Positions 30,732-41,055 are shown, counted from the first letter of the stretch. The stretch: 64,000 bases of DNA from an uncultured delta proteobacterium (GCA_963823335.1 CAWGLD010000001.1:896001-960000), one strand, 5' to 3'. Numbers and translations are program-made. The notes: a model not told the origin generated them from the sequence alone.

Positions 30732-31499
30732 ATGGGCACAGGTTTTCTGGAAGTCAGCGGAATCACCAAAAGCTTCGGTGGATTAAAAGCGGTCAGTGAC
30801 GTTACCTTCACCATGAAACGGGATGAAATCATCGGTCTCATCGGGCCCAACGGAGCCGGAAAAACCACGCTGTTGAGACTGATTACGGGTTTTCTGAAAC
30901 CAGACACCGGCACCATCGTTTTCAAGGGGAAATCTATCACCCGCATGAAAACCTGGGACATTGTCAACATGGGAGTTGCCGGCACCTTTCAGAACATGCG
31001 GCCCTTCCGAAGACTGCCGATCATCGCCAATGTCATGGTTTCCTGCTTGTCACCCCGCGCTATGAAGCGAGGGGAATGGGTCAAGCGCATCGAAGCCAAG
31101 GCTTTGGATGCACTCGAATTTTCAGGCATATCGGATATGGCTCTGGAAAAGGCTTCCACTCTTTCCCAGGGAGATCTCAAACGGCTGGAGGTCGCCCGGG
31201 CCATCGCCACCGAGCCAGAGCTGCTGCTGCTGGATGAACCCTTCGGTGGCTTGAGCCCGGCAGAAACCGACCTGATGGCCAAATCCATACACCGCTTGCA
31301 CAAGGGGGGACGCTTCGGTCGTCTGCACAGTGAAGGTCCTGCTATGATTATCATCGAACACAAACTGCAGCAGCTCATGAAAATAGTTGATCGGGTCATT
31401 GTCCTCAATTTTGGTACCATGGTAGCAGATGGTGTGCCCGAAGTTGTCTGTGCCAACAAGGACGTCGTCGAGTGTTACCTCGGAGAAGGAGGCATCTAA
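30732..31499 (+). CDS. ABC ATP-binding subunit (LivG-like)
   Basis: GPNGAGKTT, LLLLDEP, IIEH. Confidence 0.93.
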   Translation: MGTGFLEVSGITKSFGGLKAVSDVTFTMKRDEIIGLIGPNGAGKTTLLRLITGFLKPDTGTIVFKGKSITRMKTWDIVNMGVAGTFQNMRPFRRLPIIANVMVSCLSPRAMKRGEWVKRIEAKALDALEFSGISDMALEKASTLSQGDLKRLEVARAIATEPELLLLDEPFGGLSPAETDLMAKSIHRLHKGGRFGRLHSEGPAMIIIEHKLQQLMKIVDRVIVLNFGTMVADGVPEVVCANKDVVECYLGEGGI

Positions 31500-31501
31500 G
31501 C

Positions 31502-32251
31502 GTGTTGTTGAACGTATCTAATCTGACAGTCTGTTACGACAAGGCCATGATCATCAATGACATTAGCCTGCATGTCAACAAAGGTGAACTGGTCAGTCTC
31601 GTGGGGCCCAACGGCGCCGGAAAATCAACCTTACTACGCGCCATTACGGGTCTGGTGATCTGGGAGAAAGGGATCCACAGGGGTACCTCAGAGGGAGATA
31701 TCACACTTGAAGGTACCGTTATCTTTGACAATGAACACCTGGAACGGGTACCCGCCCATGAAATTACCCGTCGTGGTCTGATACACTGCCCGGAACGGAG
31801 GAGACCTTTCCGGGAAATGACCGTTCTGGAAAATCTCCATGCCGGGGCCTATCTCATCAGGGATAAAAAGCAGCAGATGCAAAATCTGCAAAACGTCTAT
31901 CAACTGTTCCCGCGATTGAGAGAGCGCTCCGGACAAATATCCGGAACCCTGTCCGGCGGTGAACAGCAAATGCTGGCCATCGGCCGGGCTCTCATGTCCA
32001 ACCCAAAACTGTTGTGTATCGATGAACCCTCTACGGGCCTGGCTCCCATCATGAAGCATGAAGTGTTTACAAAAATCGGTGATATCAAAAAAATGGGTAT
32101 TACCGTTTTGCTAGTGGAGCAGGAAGTTAAGGCCGTGTTTGAGATGGCCGACCGCAATTACGTACTTTCCTCAGGTAAAATAATTGCCGAAGGATCAGGA
32201 AAGGAACTGCTTAAAGATGAAATCCTTCGCAAAACCTATTTAGGATTATAA
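31502..32251 (+). CDS. ABC ATP-binding subunit (LivF-like)
   Basis: GPNGAGKST, LSGGEQQMLAIGRALM, DEPS, LVEQ; GTG start after GGAGG. Confidence 0.93.
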   Translation: MLLNVSNLTVCYDKAMIINDISLHVNKGELVSLVGPNGAGKSTLLRAITGLVIWEKGIHRGTSEGDITLEGTVIFDNEHLERVPAHEITRRGLIHCPERRRPFREMTVLENLHAGAYLIRDKKQQMQNLQNVYQLFPRLRERSGQISGTLSGGEQQMLAIGRALMSNPKLLCIDEPSTGLAPIMKHEVFTKIGDIKKMGITVLLVEQEVKAVFEMADRNYVLSSGKIIAEGSGKELLKDEILRKTYLGL

Positions 32252-32374
32252 ACGTTCCGCTCTCGTTGTTGTCTCAACGATATTACGCATGAAATTCAGA
32301 GACAAAGACAATTCCATATTTCTATAAACTGACATATCATAAATCGTTTTCACCGATAACAGAGGATCTGTCCG

Positions 32375-33073
32375 TCATGAAAGGTGCTTTAACCCATAAG
32401 GGCAAACCGACGAACATATCCCGCAGTTATGACCCTTGTGGAACTGAAGGTAATGCTCTTTTTTCCATCGGTCACAGGTTTCCGCATCCAGTATTTCCTT
32501 TCTTTCAATACCGGGTTTCCAGTCTTTCCCGGACAAAGCGCCGGCAGGGCATGCTTCCACACAATCGCGACAGGTGCCGCAATATCCACGGTTGAAAGGT
32601 GTTCCATAGACCATGGGCATGTCTGTAAAGACCGTTCCCAGGCGGATCCAGGGCCCGAAGGGTCGGGTAACCAGCTGGCAATGACGGCCGACCCACCCCA
32701 GCCCGGAAAGCGTGGCCGCTGTTTTGTGAGGAAACTCGCCTCTGATCTTTTTCTTGTCCGTCCGGTCTGATGCTGCCAGGGGATAAGCGCGAAACCCTTT
32801 TTTAGCAATGGCCTTTGAAAGGTGCTGTGCTATCTCAGTAATGCGTACATTGGTTTGGGAATAGGCATCGGCATATGCCCGGGTCGGCCCGTTTTTAATA
32901 CCGGCCATGATCTCGGGGGACATGGGGAGGGTCCATGAGATGGCACCTGGATAGGGTTCGCGATTTTTCCCCATGCGAACGCACAGCTTGCAAATATCTG
33001 CAGCCCCCCAGAGCGGAACACCCTGTGATTGCATCCAGCCGTTCAACCACTCATTATTATTAGCTTTTTTCAT
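32375..33073 (-). CDS. QueG-like 4Fe-4S double-cluster protein
   Basis: HKTAATLSGLGWVG, FGPWIRLGTVFTD, CGTCRDCVEACP, CGICSSVCP. Confidence 0.85.
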   Translation of the reverse strand: MKKANNNEWLNGWMQSQGVPLWGAADICKLCVRMGKNREPYPGAISWTLPMSPEIMAGIKNGPTRAYADAYSQTNVRITEIAQHLSKAIAKKGFRAYPLAASDRTDKKKIRGEFPHKTAATLSGLGWVGRHCQLVTRPFGPWIRLGTVFTDMPMVYGTPFNRGYCGTCRDCVEACPAGALSGKDWKPGIERKEILDAETCDRWKKEHYLQFHKGHNCGICSSVCPYGLKHLS

Positions 33074-33087
33074 GCAGTTAATCCCCT

Positions 33088-33480
33088 TTATTCTCGCCAA
33101 AATTTGCTGAACAACTCCACCACACCCACCAGCAATACCACCACGGCAATGCACCACAAGAGTATCTGGCCACGCATGGGCAGATCAGGGGATGACATCA
33201 ACAACCATCCCAATAGCGTCCCCGCCCCACAGAAATTAATGACAATCGCCCCGCCCATACCCAGCCCGCGAACACCTTTAGAACCACCCCACTCCTCCAG
33301 GAGCAGGGCAATACCTATGCCGAACAGAACCGCCCCGAGAACGCACGGGTATAAAAAGGAAACCGGTTCCGGCACCCCCAGAAAAGATGCCATGCCGAAA
33401 GGAACCAACAGGAGCAGAATACCCAGTACCAGGTTAATAATACCGTCTATTATCAATAGAGTACGATGTTTTTGTTCCAC
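33088..33480 (-). CDS. Hypothetical membrane protein (4 TM)
   Basis: Four hydrophobic segments; in register with neighbouring genes. Confidence 0.7.
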   Translation of the reverse strand: MEQKHRTLLIIDGIINLVLGILLLLVPFGMASFLGVPEPVSFLYPCVLGAVLFGIGIALLLEEWGGSKGVRGLGMGGAIVINFCGAGTLLGWLLMSSPDLPMRGQILLWCIAVVVLLVGVVELFSKFWRE

Positions 33481-33498
33481 TGGATATTTCTTTCCGGA

Positions 33499-33909
33499 TT
33501 AGAACCCACCCAAAACCGATGACAGCTTACGCACCACCTGACCATACCCCTGGTCAACATACAAAGCGATCTGGGCGATACAGGAATATGCAATGGCAAA
33601 CTGGGCAATGGCGTACCCTGCAATGGTAAACTGACTGATACTGATCACACCGACACCGAATTGAGATATGTTGATAATCCCGGCCCCGAACTGGCCAATG
33701 GAAATGACACCCGTTGCAACCACCGGCATCCGGTTCATGCGGTACTTAAAGGATATATGCACCAGGGGCAGACCCAGAAAATTGGCTTTTGATTTGTATT
33801 CATACCCCCACCCATCCCACTTCGGCTTTGCCGGATGCAAGGCACCACAGTTGGGACACATATACGCCTGCTCGCTCACCTGATGCTTGCAATCTCTACA
33901 TTCTTTCAT
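33499..33909 (-). CDS. Zinc-ribbon protein with Gly-rich repeat C-terminus
   Basis: CRDC...CPNC, GYEYKS, GLPLVHI, repeated IGQF/ISQF/IAQF; GAGG RBS. Confidence 0.75.
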   Translation of the reverse strand: MKECRDCKHQVSEQAYMCPNCGALHPAKPKWDGWGYEYKSKANFLGLPLVHISFKYRMNRMPVVATGVISIGQFGAGIINISQFGVGVISISQFTIAGYAIAQFAIAYSCIAQIALYVDQGYGQVVRKLSSVLGGF

Positions 33910-34000
33910 GGTTTGACCCTCTCCCAGTTGCGAACACTCCCTTTGACAATATGAAAAATAGGATGCGGCTCCGGCATCCCGACATCACAAAAGCGTTTAA

Positions 34001-34157
34001 TCAGATACGCGGCGATGACTGGCGTTGAAAACGTTTCAATTGAGGGTGATGCCTGTATCCCACGGTGTTACCACCCAGCACCGCCTGGGCCAAAAGGCCC
34101 TCACGCCACAAGCCCTTTGCTGCCCAGGTATCTGGGATGTATGGTCCATAACCGCAT
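34001..34157 (-). pseudogene. Frameshifted, truncated pyrimidine-dimer DNA glycosylase (endonuclease V/DenV-like)
   Basis: MRLWTIHPRYLGSKGLVA, then in a shifted frame WREGLLAQAVLGGNTVGYRHHPQLKRF, then IAAYL in another frame; not in the ORF track. Confidence 0.8.
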
Positions 34158-34162
34158 GGCTT

Positions 34163-34762
34163 CTATTTATGGTCGGGATCCATGCCCATTTCTTTGATGG
34201 TTTCCAGATCTTTTGGCCAGTTCCGCTGTTTGAAATAGGCTGCAAGTTCCGCCCTTACGTTTTCCGGTTTCCCCTGTGCCAGCTCACTTTTGGCAGATGT
34301 CCTTTCTGGACGGATCTCGACGACCGCGCAGGTTTTATAATCCGCCATTTCTTGATGAACTTTTTTGAGAGACCTGCCTGCTTCGTGCTTTTCCACCAGG
34401 GCGTTCAAGGCATTGGTTTTAAGTTGTGCTTCATCCACCACCCGTGCCGTTCCGCGCATGATGACACACTGGTAAAACTGGTGAAGTTTGCAGGGCGAGC
34501 CATCATCGGAAAACTGTGAATCCAGATACGCCAAGGGTATATCGACCTGAAAACCGACCTTGGCATTACGCGCAATATTATCCAGTTTTTCACCGGTCAA
34601 TGCACAATGAAAATAGATATTTCCCTTATAGGACACAAAATTTACCGGCGTAATATAAGGGTAGCCATTTATATCAGTGGTTGCCAGACGACCGATGGTG
34701 GATTTTAAAAGAATTTTTTCTATACTCTCAGGGTCAGTCACCTCACATGCTTTGCGCTTCAT
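34163..34762 (-). CDS. Pyridoxamine 5'-phosphate oxidase-like FMN-binding protein (NimA/PNPOx family)
   Basis: GRLAT, GYPYITPVNF, IYFHCA..GEKLDNI. Confidence 0.88.
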   Translation of the reverse strand: MKRKACEVTDPESIEKILLKSTIGRLATTDINGYPYITPVNFVSYKGNIYFHCALTGEKLDNIARNAKVGFQVDIPLAYLDSQFSDDGSPCKLHQFYQCVIMRGTARVVDEAQLKTNALNALVEKHEAGRSLKKVHQEMADYKTCAVVEIRPERTSAKSELAQGKPENVRAELAAYFKQRNWPKDLETIKEMGMDPDHK

Positions 34763-34812
34763 TCTGATTTATCTCCTTTGTTGTTCGTCCATCATTTACA
34801 AATTGATACCTC

Positions 34813-36036
34813 TCAGATGGGTTTCAGGGTTGTCTGTATTTTAACCTTGGATTCCAAGGTTCGGTGAACCGGGCACCTGTCAGCAATTTCCATCAATCGT
34901 TGTGACTGGGATGCATCCAGGGACCCCATCAGCTCCACGTCTCTTTCGATCCAGTCCACCATGGCCTGGTCTGTTTCACATGTTTTGCAGTCCCTGGCGT
35001 GAATCTTCTTATGAGACAAGGAAACCACCACCTCTTCCAGGGGCCATTGCTTGCGGTCCGCATACATGCGCAGGGTCATGGCTGTACAGGCCCCCAGCCC
35101 GGCCACGAGATAATCATAAGGTGTCGGTCCCATGTTCGTCCCACCAACGGAAACCGGCTCATCTGCAATCAAAGAAAGTCCATTGGCCATGATTTCCGTT
35201 CGAAATCCAGTATCACCGATACGTGCGACAATACGGTTTTTCTCTTTACCGTCTTCAGCGGGCTCCGTTCGTTCAATGGTGAGGTATTTCCGTACCCATG
35301 AAGCAATCATGGCACCCACATACCTGGCATCTTCCGCATTCATGAGCAGGTGATCTGCCTGATCCAGGGAAATAAAACTTTTGGGATGACGCGCATACTG
35401 GAAGATCTTGGCAGCATTGTCGATACCGACAGTCTTGTCCACAGGTGAGTGGAAAATAAGAAGGGCTTTTTTCAGGTTTCGAACCGCCTTTTCCATCTGA
35501 ACCGCTCCCAGATCATCCAGGAATTGCTTCTTTATCCTGAAAGGTCTGCCCTCTATGGCAATTTCCGCCTCACCGTCCAATGCGATGGTCTCCTGGTGCT
35601 CTTTGAAGTGACGCATGACATGTGCAGGATCTGCCGGCGCACCGATGACGGCAACCGCTTTACTGGATCGTATTTGCCCGGCTGCCTGCAGTACCGCCGC
35701 CCCACCCAGGGAGTGACCAATGAGAATTTTGGGCGCTTCGTACTCGCTTTCAAGAAAGTCTGCCGCCGCCACCAGGTCTGCAATGTTGGTCGAAAAATTG
35801 GTGTCTGCAAAATCGCCCTCACTTTCTCCCAGACCCGTAAAGTCAAACCGTAAAACTGCAACCCGTTCACGGGTTAAGGCCCGACTGATATGATTGATGG
35901 ATTTGAGATTCTTGGTGCAGGTAAAGCAATGGGCAAACAATGCGAATGCTTCGGGGCGACCGTCGGCAGGCAGATCCAAAAGCGCCGACAATTGATTGCC
36001 GCCGCTCCCTTTGAAATAGAGTTTCTTCAATGTCAT
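34813..36036 (-). CDS. Bifunctional alpha/beta hydrolase-OsmC protein
   Basis: AHCFTC, RFDFTGLGES, GHSLGG, ADH; ADEP..VGG..GPTPYD, GACT, CPVHRTL. Confidence 0.93.
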   Translation of the reverse strand: MTLKKLYFKGSGGNQLSALLDLPADGRPEAFALFAHCFTCTKNLKSINHISRALTRERVAVLRFDFTGLGESEGDFADTNFSTNIADLVAAADFLESEYEAPKILIGHSLGGAAVLQAAGQIRSSKAVAVIGAPADPAHVMRHFKEHQETIALDGEAEIAIEGRPFRIKKQFLDDLGAVQMEKAVRNLKKALLIFHSPVDKTVGIDNAAKIFQYARHPKSFISLDQADHLLMNAEDARYVGAMIASWVRKYLTIERTEPAEDGKEKNRIVARIGDTGFRTEIMANGLSLIADEPVSVGGTNMGPTPYDYLVAGLGACTAMTLRMYADRKQWPLEEVVVSLSHKKIHARDCKTCETDQAMVDWIERDVELMGSLDASQSQRLMEIADRCPVHRTLESKVKIQTTLKPI

Positions 36037-36464
36037 GATGGCACCTTTTGTAATGCTTTCTCATTGATCTTTTTCTCAAATGTTGCCGCGTCAACAATAA
36101 AACGTTCGTGCATCCCTTTGCTGATAAGGTCAATCCCATCTGATGCAGAAACGTCGAAAACCAACCGCCGCCTGTCCACTTCCACAAGTTTCACAAACAC
36201 CGTCACCTCAAGGCCGGGGGGTGTCGCGGCCGTATGATTGATCTTGATATCGGTTCCCACAGTCTGTTCTTTTGGCCAGTCAATATACGGGTTGATGGCC
36301 TGAATGCAGGTCCATTCCATAAGACCCACCAGAAAACCGGTGGCCAGAACTTTGGGCATAACCTGAAGTTCCGCTGCTTCCGGGTATAGCGCCGGAACGA
36401 TTTTGGACTCGGGAACCAGGTATTTGAACTCATGATGAATTCCGGGCGTTAATGTCTCTTTCAT
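36033..36464 (-). CDS. FlK-like hotdog thioesterase
   Basis: VLATGFLVGLME, TVGT, HTAATPPG, HER. Confidence 0.88.
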   Translation of the reverse strand: MKETLTPGIHHEFKYLVPESKIVPALYPEAAELQVMPKVLATGFLVGLMEWTCIQAINPYIDWPKEQTVGTDIKINHTAATPPGLEVTVFVKLVEVDRRRLVFDVSASDGIDLISKGMHERFIVDAATFEKKINEKALQKVPS

Positions 36465-36532
36465 CGTTTCTCCTTGGCATTCAGAAGCTTTGCGTATGGA
36501 GAGGGTCAACTAATTCTCTTTTCTATTAAGGT

Positions 36533-37459
36533 TCAAAGACTGATGGGTGATCCCTGAGCGGCTGTGATATTAAAAAACTGCAAGGCGTTTTCCCTGAATA
36601 TTTTTAACATGGAGGCTTCTGAAAGACCGGCTTTCTGGATTTGCTTGATTTCCCTGTCCCAGGCATATGGGATATTAGGGTAGTCCGATCCATACATGAT
36701 ACGATCCATCCGCATATCAGCAAGCCGGATGACCTGTTCCGTGGGTAGAAAATCAGCGCAAGCCACGGATGTGTCGAGCCAGAGATTGTCAAATGTCTCC
36801 GTCATGCGCTGATATGCCGTATATTCGTCCATTCCCAGATGCGGTACACAGATCTTGAGAGCAGGATAGCTTTTCAGCACCTGTTCCAGTTTGTCTGCCC
36901 GGCAGAGCGCATAGGGATCACACATGTACGATTCGCTCTTGGGTTCTCTTCCCACATGCATGACCAGTGGTTTCCCTCTTCGTGAACAAACATCATAGAT
37001 AGGGTCCATGTCGGGACTGTTCATGTCAAAGCACTGAACATGGGCATGCAGTTTGACGCCTCTCAACCCGGCATCAAACGCCTCTTCCAGGATGATTGCG
37101 GCATCCGTCTCACCAGGGAAAACTGTGGCCATGCCGGTGATGCGCCCGGAAAATTTCCGGCACAGACCCAGCATATACAGATTGAGATCCCGTGCAATGC
37201 CAGGCTTGTGAGCATACTGGAGGGCGACAATATGGTCAACCCCACGTTTCAAGAGATATTCAAGAAGCTCGGGTGTGGTACCCTTGTAGCGGATGGGCCA
37301 TGCATTTTTCTCAAACCATTCCCACAGGGCCTTGAAAACCGGCTCCGGAAAAACATGAACATGGGTATCCACAATACCGGGCAGGCCCGATGGTACGATG
37401 TCACCCTCCTTGTCTCCCACGGCAGGAAACGGCAGATCCAGTTGGCGTGCATTATTCAT
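36533..37459 (-). CDS. Amidohydrolase family 2 protein
   Basis: DTHVH, GVKLH, MHVG, PHLG, YGSDYP. Confidence 0.9.
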   Translation of the reverse strand: MNNARQLDLPFPAVGDKEGDIVPSGLPGIVDTHVHVFPEPVFKALWEWFEKNAWPIRYKGTTPELLEYLLKRGVDHIVALQYAHKPGIARDLNLYMLGLCRKFSGRITGMATVFPGETDAAIILEEAFDAGLRGVKLHAHVQCFDMNSPDMDPIYDVCSRRGKPLVMHVGREPKSESYMCDPYALCRADKLEQVLKSYPALKICVPHLGMDEYTAYQRMTETFDNLWLDTSVACADFLPTEQVIRLADMRMDRIMYGSDYPNIPYAWDREIKQIQKAGLSEASMLKIFRENALQFFNITAAQGSPISL

Positions 37460-37460
37460 T

Positions 37461-37934
37461 TTAAAATTCGTCCAGTGTCAACAGCATGTATTGTGCCTCG
37501 GGTAGAGGGTTGTGGTAATACGGCACTGTTTCTCTAAAGCCGTGTGATCGGTAGAGCGCTTGCGCATTCACCATCGTCGAGAGGGTGTCCAGGAGCATTT
37601 CCCTGTAACCGAGCTGCCTCCCTTTTAAGATGATTCTCCGGCAGAGTGCCTTGCCGATACCCTTGCCCCTGAATTGCGGCCGAACATACAATCGTTTCAT
37701 TTCACTGCGTCGGCTGTCAATTTTACGCAAACCCACACACCCCGCTGGTACGTCACCCTGTATGGCCAGAAGCAAAGCCCCCTCCGGTGGCATGTAGATG
37801 TCTGAGAGATGCATCAACTCCTGTTCAAAGTTCTGAAATGTCAGATCGATGCCGATGGAAAGCGCATATTCATCAAACAGTTCCCGTACGGTTTTAATAT
37901 CACTGGTTCTTGTCACTTCTATTAATTGGCACAT
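37461..37934 (-). CDS. GNAT acetyltransferase
   Basis: [29 protein letters not shown]. Confidence 0.9.
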   Translation of the reverse strand: MCQLIEVTRTSDIKTVRELFDEYALSIGIDLTFQNFEQELMHLSDIYMPPEGALLLAIQGDVPAGCVGLRKIDSRRSEMKRLYVRPQFRGKGIGKALCRRIILKGRQLGYREMLLDTLSTMVNAQALYRSHGFRETVPYYHNPLPEAQYMLLTLDEF

Positions 37935-38752
37935 TCCTTGAAAACCTTTGCCAGCAACTCCATATGCTTTTTTTCCATTTGAGAAATTGAAAAAAAGATG
38001 TCCTGTGCTGTTGCATCCGTCAACACGTTGGCCATGTTTCTGTAGAGATCATAGGCCTGGATTTCAATATTGAGCGCAAATTCCATCAGGGCCGTACAAC
38101 CCTTGCCCGCTAAAGATGCCACACGTTGGATGGCCTCCATCAGTTTTTCACCCCCTTCAAGGATTTCCCCGTCCAGGCTTGCAAAGAGCTCTTTGAACGG
38201 CAGTGGGTTTTTCCGCGTCCGCTGCCAGTAGGTATAAATAGTCCTGGCGTGTGCCTCCTCGGCCCGGGAAAGGGTCTCGAGAATAGGTGCATAGGATGCT
38301 TGGGCATGGCTGTCAAAAACAGATTCATAGAATCGTAGAGCAGCCTTTTCCAGACCCATGGCTGTCAGCATGAGATCCGGCATGGAAGCATCCGCCTTAA
38401 ATACAGCCATCCGGGGAAGAGCTGCCAGAGACAGACCATCCCAGTCCATCATTCCGCCAATCAGATTGTGTACCTTCTGGAGCGCAATTCCGCTGTCCAG
38501 GGAAATAATGGCCGCCGCCTGGGATCGGGCACCGCTGCGGCAGTAAAAAAAGAGATCCTTGTCCTCAGGCAGTTCCGAAAGATGGGATTCCAGATCGTCG
38601 AGGGGCATCAACTTTGATCCGGGAATATGCCCCTGGATATACTCATCCGGTTGACGGACATCGACCAGAATATAGTCCTGCTCCCCATGGTCCTTCTGGT
38701 ATTGTCTGAATGTTTCCGAGCTTATGTTTTCAAAATCCATTGCATTCATCAT
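37922..38752 (-). CDS. Rhodanese plus ferritin-like (rubrerythrin-type) domain protein
   Basis: [46 protein letters not shown]. Confidence 0.88.
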   Translation of the reverse strand: MMNAMDFENISSETFRQYQKDHGEQDYILVDVRQPDEYIQGHIPGSKLMPLDDLESHLSELPEDKDLFFYCRSGARSQAAAIISLDSGIALQKVHNLIGGMMDWDGLSLAALPRMAVFKADASMPDLMLTAMGLEKAALRFYESVFDSHAQASYAPILETLSRAEEAHARTIYTYWQRTRKNPLPFKELFASLDGEILEGGEKLMEAIQRVASLAGKGCTALMEFALNIEIQAYDLYRNMANVLTDATAQDIFFSISQMEKKHMELLAKVFKECAN

Positions 38753-38839
38753 TTCCCCTTATAACGCCAATCGATTATGGTCCAAAGTTAAAAAAAACGG
38801 ATCTTCTTCCAATAAGTTGTGAGAAAGGGTTCAATCCTT

Positions 38840-38874
38840 AATTTGGATCAACTCTTTGAGAGATGATCCAAATT
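38840..38874 (-). terminator. Hairpin immediately after the pirin stop codon
   Basis: AATTTGGATCA/TGATCCAAATT 11-bp perfect stem. Confidence 0.45.
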
Positions 38875-39761
38875 TATTTAAGAAAGGTACCTGCCTCATA
38901 TTCTTCAAATGCGATCCGTAGTTCTTCCTGGGTGTTCATGACAATGGGACCTTGCCAGGCAACAGGTTCTCTGATGGGCATGCCGGAAATCAATAAAAAT
39001 CTAAGCGCATCCTGCCTGGTGGAAACCGCCACCTGCTCGCCGTCCGCAAAAAGTACGAGGGTTTCATGGGATAGCATGTCAGCCGTGTCAGCATCCTCCT
39101 GTGCAGCTGATTTCATGGCATCCGGGCCGAAAAAACCCTGACCGTCGATGATGTATGCAAACACGGTATGCCCTGGTTGGGTCGGGTGCACAAACACCTG
39201 CCCCGCAGGCACTTGTACATCCAAATAAGATGGATCAATAAAAATGTCTTCAACCGGGCCCTGCTTTCCATATGCCTTACCGCAGAGGATGCGGATCGTG
39301 GTACCGTTGTCCAGCACCACCTGGGGAATTTGTTCCCGCGTAATATCCCGGTAACGCGGCTGGGTCATTTTATCGCTTGCCGGCAGGTTTGCCCAGAGCT
39401 GAAAACCACCCATGCGACCGTTTTTGTCCCCCCTGGGCATTTCCTGATGGACAATACCGCTGCCGGCGGTCATCCACTGGACATCACCGGAAAAAATGAT
39501 GCCTGAGTTGCCCAAACTGTCGCCGTGTTCTACCTGGCCATCGATCATATAGGTAATGGTCTCGATACCCCGGTGTGGATGCCAGGGAAACCCTTTCAGA
39601 TAATGCGCAGGATTATCCGAGCGAAAGTCATCCAACAGCAGGAACGGATCGAACAGTTCTGTATTGCCAAACCCGAAGACCCTCTTAAGGTGGACACCAG
39701 CACCTTCTAAGGTGGGCTGACTCTTTATAAGCCTTGCAATGCGTCTATTTTCAGGCATCAC
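38874..39761 (-). CDS. Pirin family protein
   Basis: EGAGV, DPFLLLD, HPHRGIETITY, WMTAGSGIVHQE, QLWANLP, GPIVMN. Confidence 0.95.
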   Translation of the reverse strand: MMPENRRIARLIKSQPTLEGAGVHLKRVFGFGNTELFDPFLLLDDFRSDNPAHYLKGFPWHPHRGIETITYMIDGQVEHGDSLGNSGIIFSGDVQWMTAGSGIVHQEMPRGDKNGRMGGFQLWANLPASDKMTQPRYRDITREQIPQVVLDNGTTIRILCGKAYGKQGPVEDIFIDPSYLDVQVPAGQVFVHPTQPGHTVFAYIIDGQGFFGPDAMKSAAQEDADTADMLSHETLVLFADGEQVAVSTRQDALRFLLISGMPIREPVAWQGPIVMNTQEELRIAFEEYEAGTFLK

Positions 39762-39969
39762 GGACCTCCTTGTTCATCTTTGGTGCAACGATCTCCCACT
39801 GGTCTGCATAATGATTCCAGCCTGTATCGTCGTGCAGAACGGTGACATCAAAACGATAGGTTCTCTCACCGGATATGGACACCTGCACCATGCCGATATC
39901 TGCCTTGCCGGCATATGTCGGCATGGCCGGAACCATGAGGGCCAGAATGAAACCCGCCATCCATTTCAT
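39751..39969 (-). pseudogene. Probably 3'-truncated secreted protein
   Basis: AAGGAG RBS, signal peptide, YRFDVTVLHDDTGWNHYADQWEIVAP, then runs into the pirin RBS; family members as I recall them continue with an HPH..EQPFTRS motif that is absent here. Confidence 0.55.
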
Positions 39970-39987
39970 CTGCTTCTCCTTTGGTTG

Positions 39988-41055
39988 TTACCATTTGTTT
40001 TTCTTGGATTTCATCACCGATTTAACCATCTTTCCGAACTGTTTGTCCTTTTTCTTTTTTTCCTGGTAGGACATTTCATGAAAAATCGATTCTTTGTTCA
40101 TTTTCAAATAGTTTTGATAGCGCTCTTCTAATATAATACCTGATTCCAGGGCTGAAAGGACCGCACACCCTTTTTCTTTTGTATGTGAACAATCATGGAA
40201 ACGGCAACCGGAAGCCAAGTCTTCAATCTCATGAAATGCGCTCTTTAACCCGCTGTCCACGGCAAGACTTCCAAGCTCCCGCATGCCGGGCGTATCAACG
40301 ATCATGGCGTCATTTTTCAGACGTATGAGCTGCCGGCGTGTGGTGGTGTGCCGACCCTTGCCGTCTTTTTCCCTTACCGTTTGGGTCTCAAACACACTGT
40401 CTTTTAGCAGGCTGTTTAGCAGCGTTGTCTTTCCAACCCCCGATGAGCCCAGCAGGCAATAGGTGTTTCCGGGTGTCAGCAGTGCCCATATGCTGTCCAG
40501 CCCTTCTCCGGTTTTATTGCTGAAGGCGATAACCCGCAGCTCTGGAAAGATGGCAGCGATTTCATTCAAGCGCATTTCAATGGCGTGGGTTTCAAGCAGA
40601 TCGCCTTTGCTCAGCAGCGCCACCGGCTGAATACCACCATCGTAGACCATGACCATGTACCGCTCCAGTCGTCTCAGATTATAGTCGGCATCCAGGGACT
40701 GGACAATAAAAGCCGTGTCAATGTTGGCGGCAATGAGTTGATGGGATATTTTTCTGCCGGCGGTCTTGCGCTTTAATACGGTTTTTCGCCGGCAGATAGC
40801 ATGAATTATGGCCCGGGACCCCTGGTCCACCATTTGAACCCGTACCCAATCACCCACTGCTGGATAGTCCAGAGGGCTTTCCGCACTGAACATGAGTTTG
40901 CCTGTAATTTCAGCCGTTGTTTCCTGGTTTTCATTGGCAACCACGTAATGCTCCCGGTCCACGGCAATCACCCTGGCCATGTCCAGTTCATCGTCCATGA
41001 CAGTATCGGCCTGTCCTGTCTGTTCTTCTTTTAAGCTGGGGGATTTCATTTTCAT
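39988..41055 (-). CDS. rsgA: Ribosome small subunit-dependent GTPase A
   Basis: PAVGDWV, AANID, SKGD, GSSGVGKTT, GRHTT, DTPGMRE, CRFHDCSH..E.GC; start uncertain. Confidence 0.9.
   Translation of the reverse strand: MKMKSPSLKEEQTGQADTVMDDELDMARVIAVDREHYVVANENQETTAEITGKLMFSAESPLDYPAVGDWVRVQMVDQGSRAIIHAICRRKTVLKRKTAGRKISHQLIAANIDTAFIVQSLDADYNLRRLERYMVMVYDGGIQPVALLSKGDLLETHAIEMRLNEIAAIFPELRVIAFSNKTGEGLDSIWALLTPGNTYCLLGSSGVGKTTLLNSLLKDSVFETQTVREKDGKGRHTTTRRQLIRLKNDAMIVDTPGMRELGSLAVDSGLKSAFHEIEDLASGCRFHDCSHTKEKGCAVLSALESGIILEERYQNYLKMNKESIFHEMSYQEKKKKDKQFGKMVKSVMKSKKNKW

Noticed and set aside
32375-33073. Reductive dehalogenase or true queG
   Set aside because: Short protein with no Tat signal or RdhB partner and without the C-terminal region of QueG; left as a QueG-like Fe-S protein.
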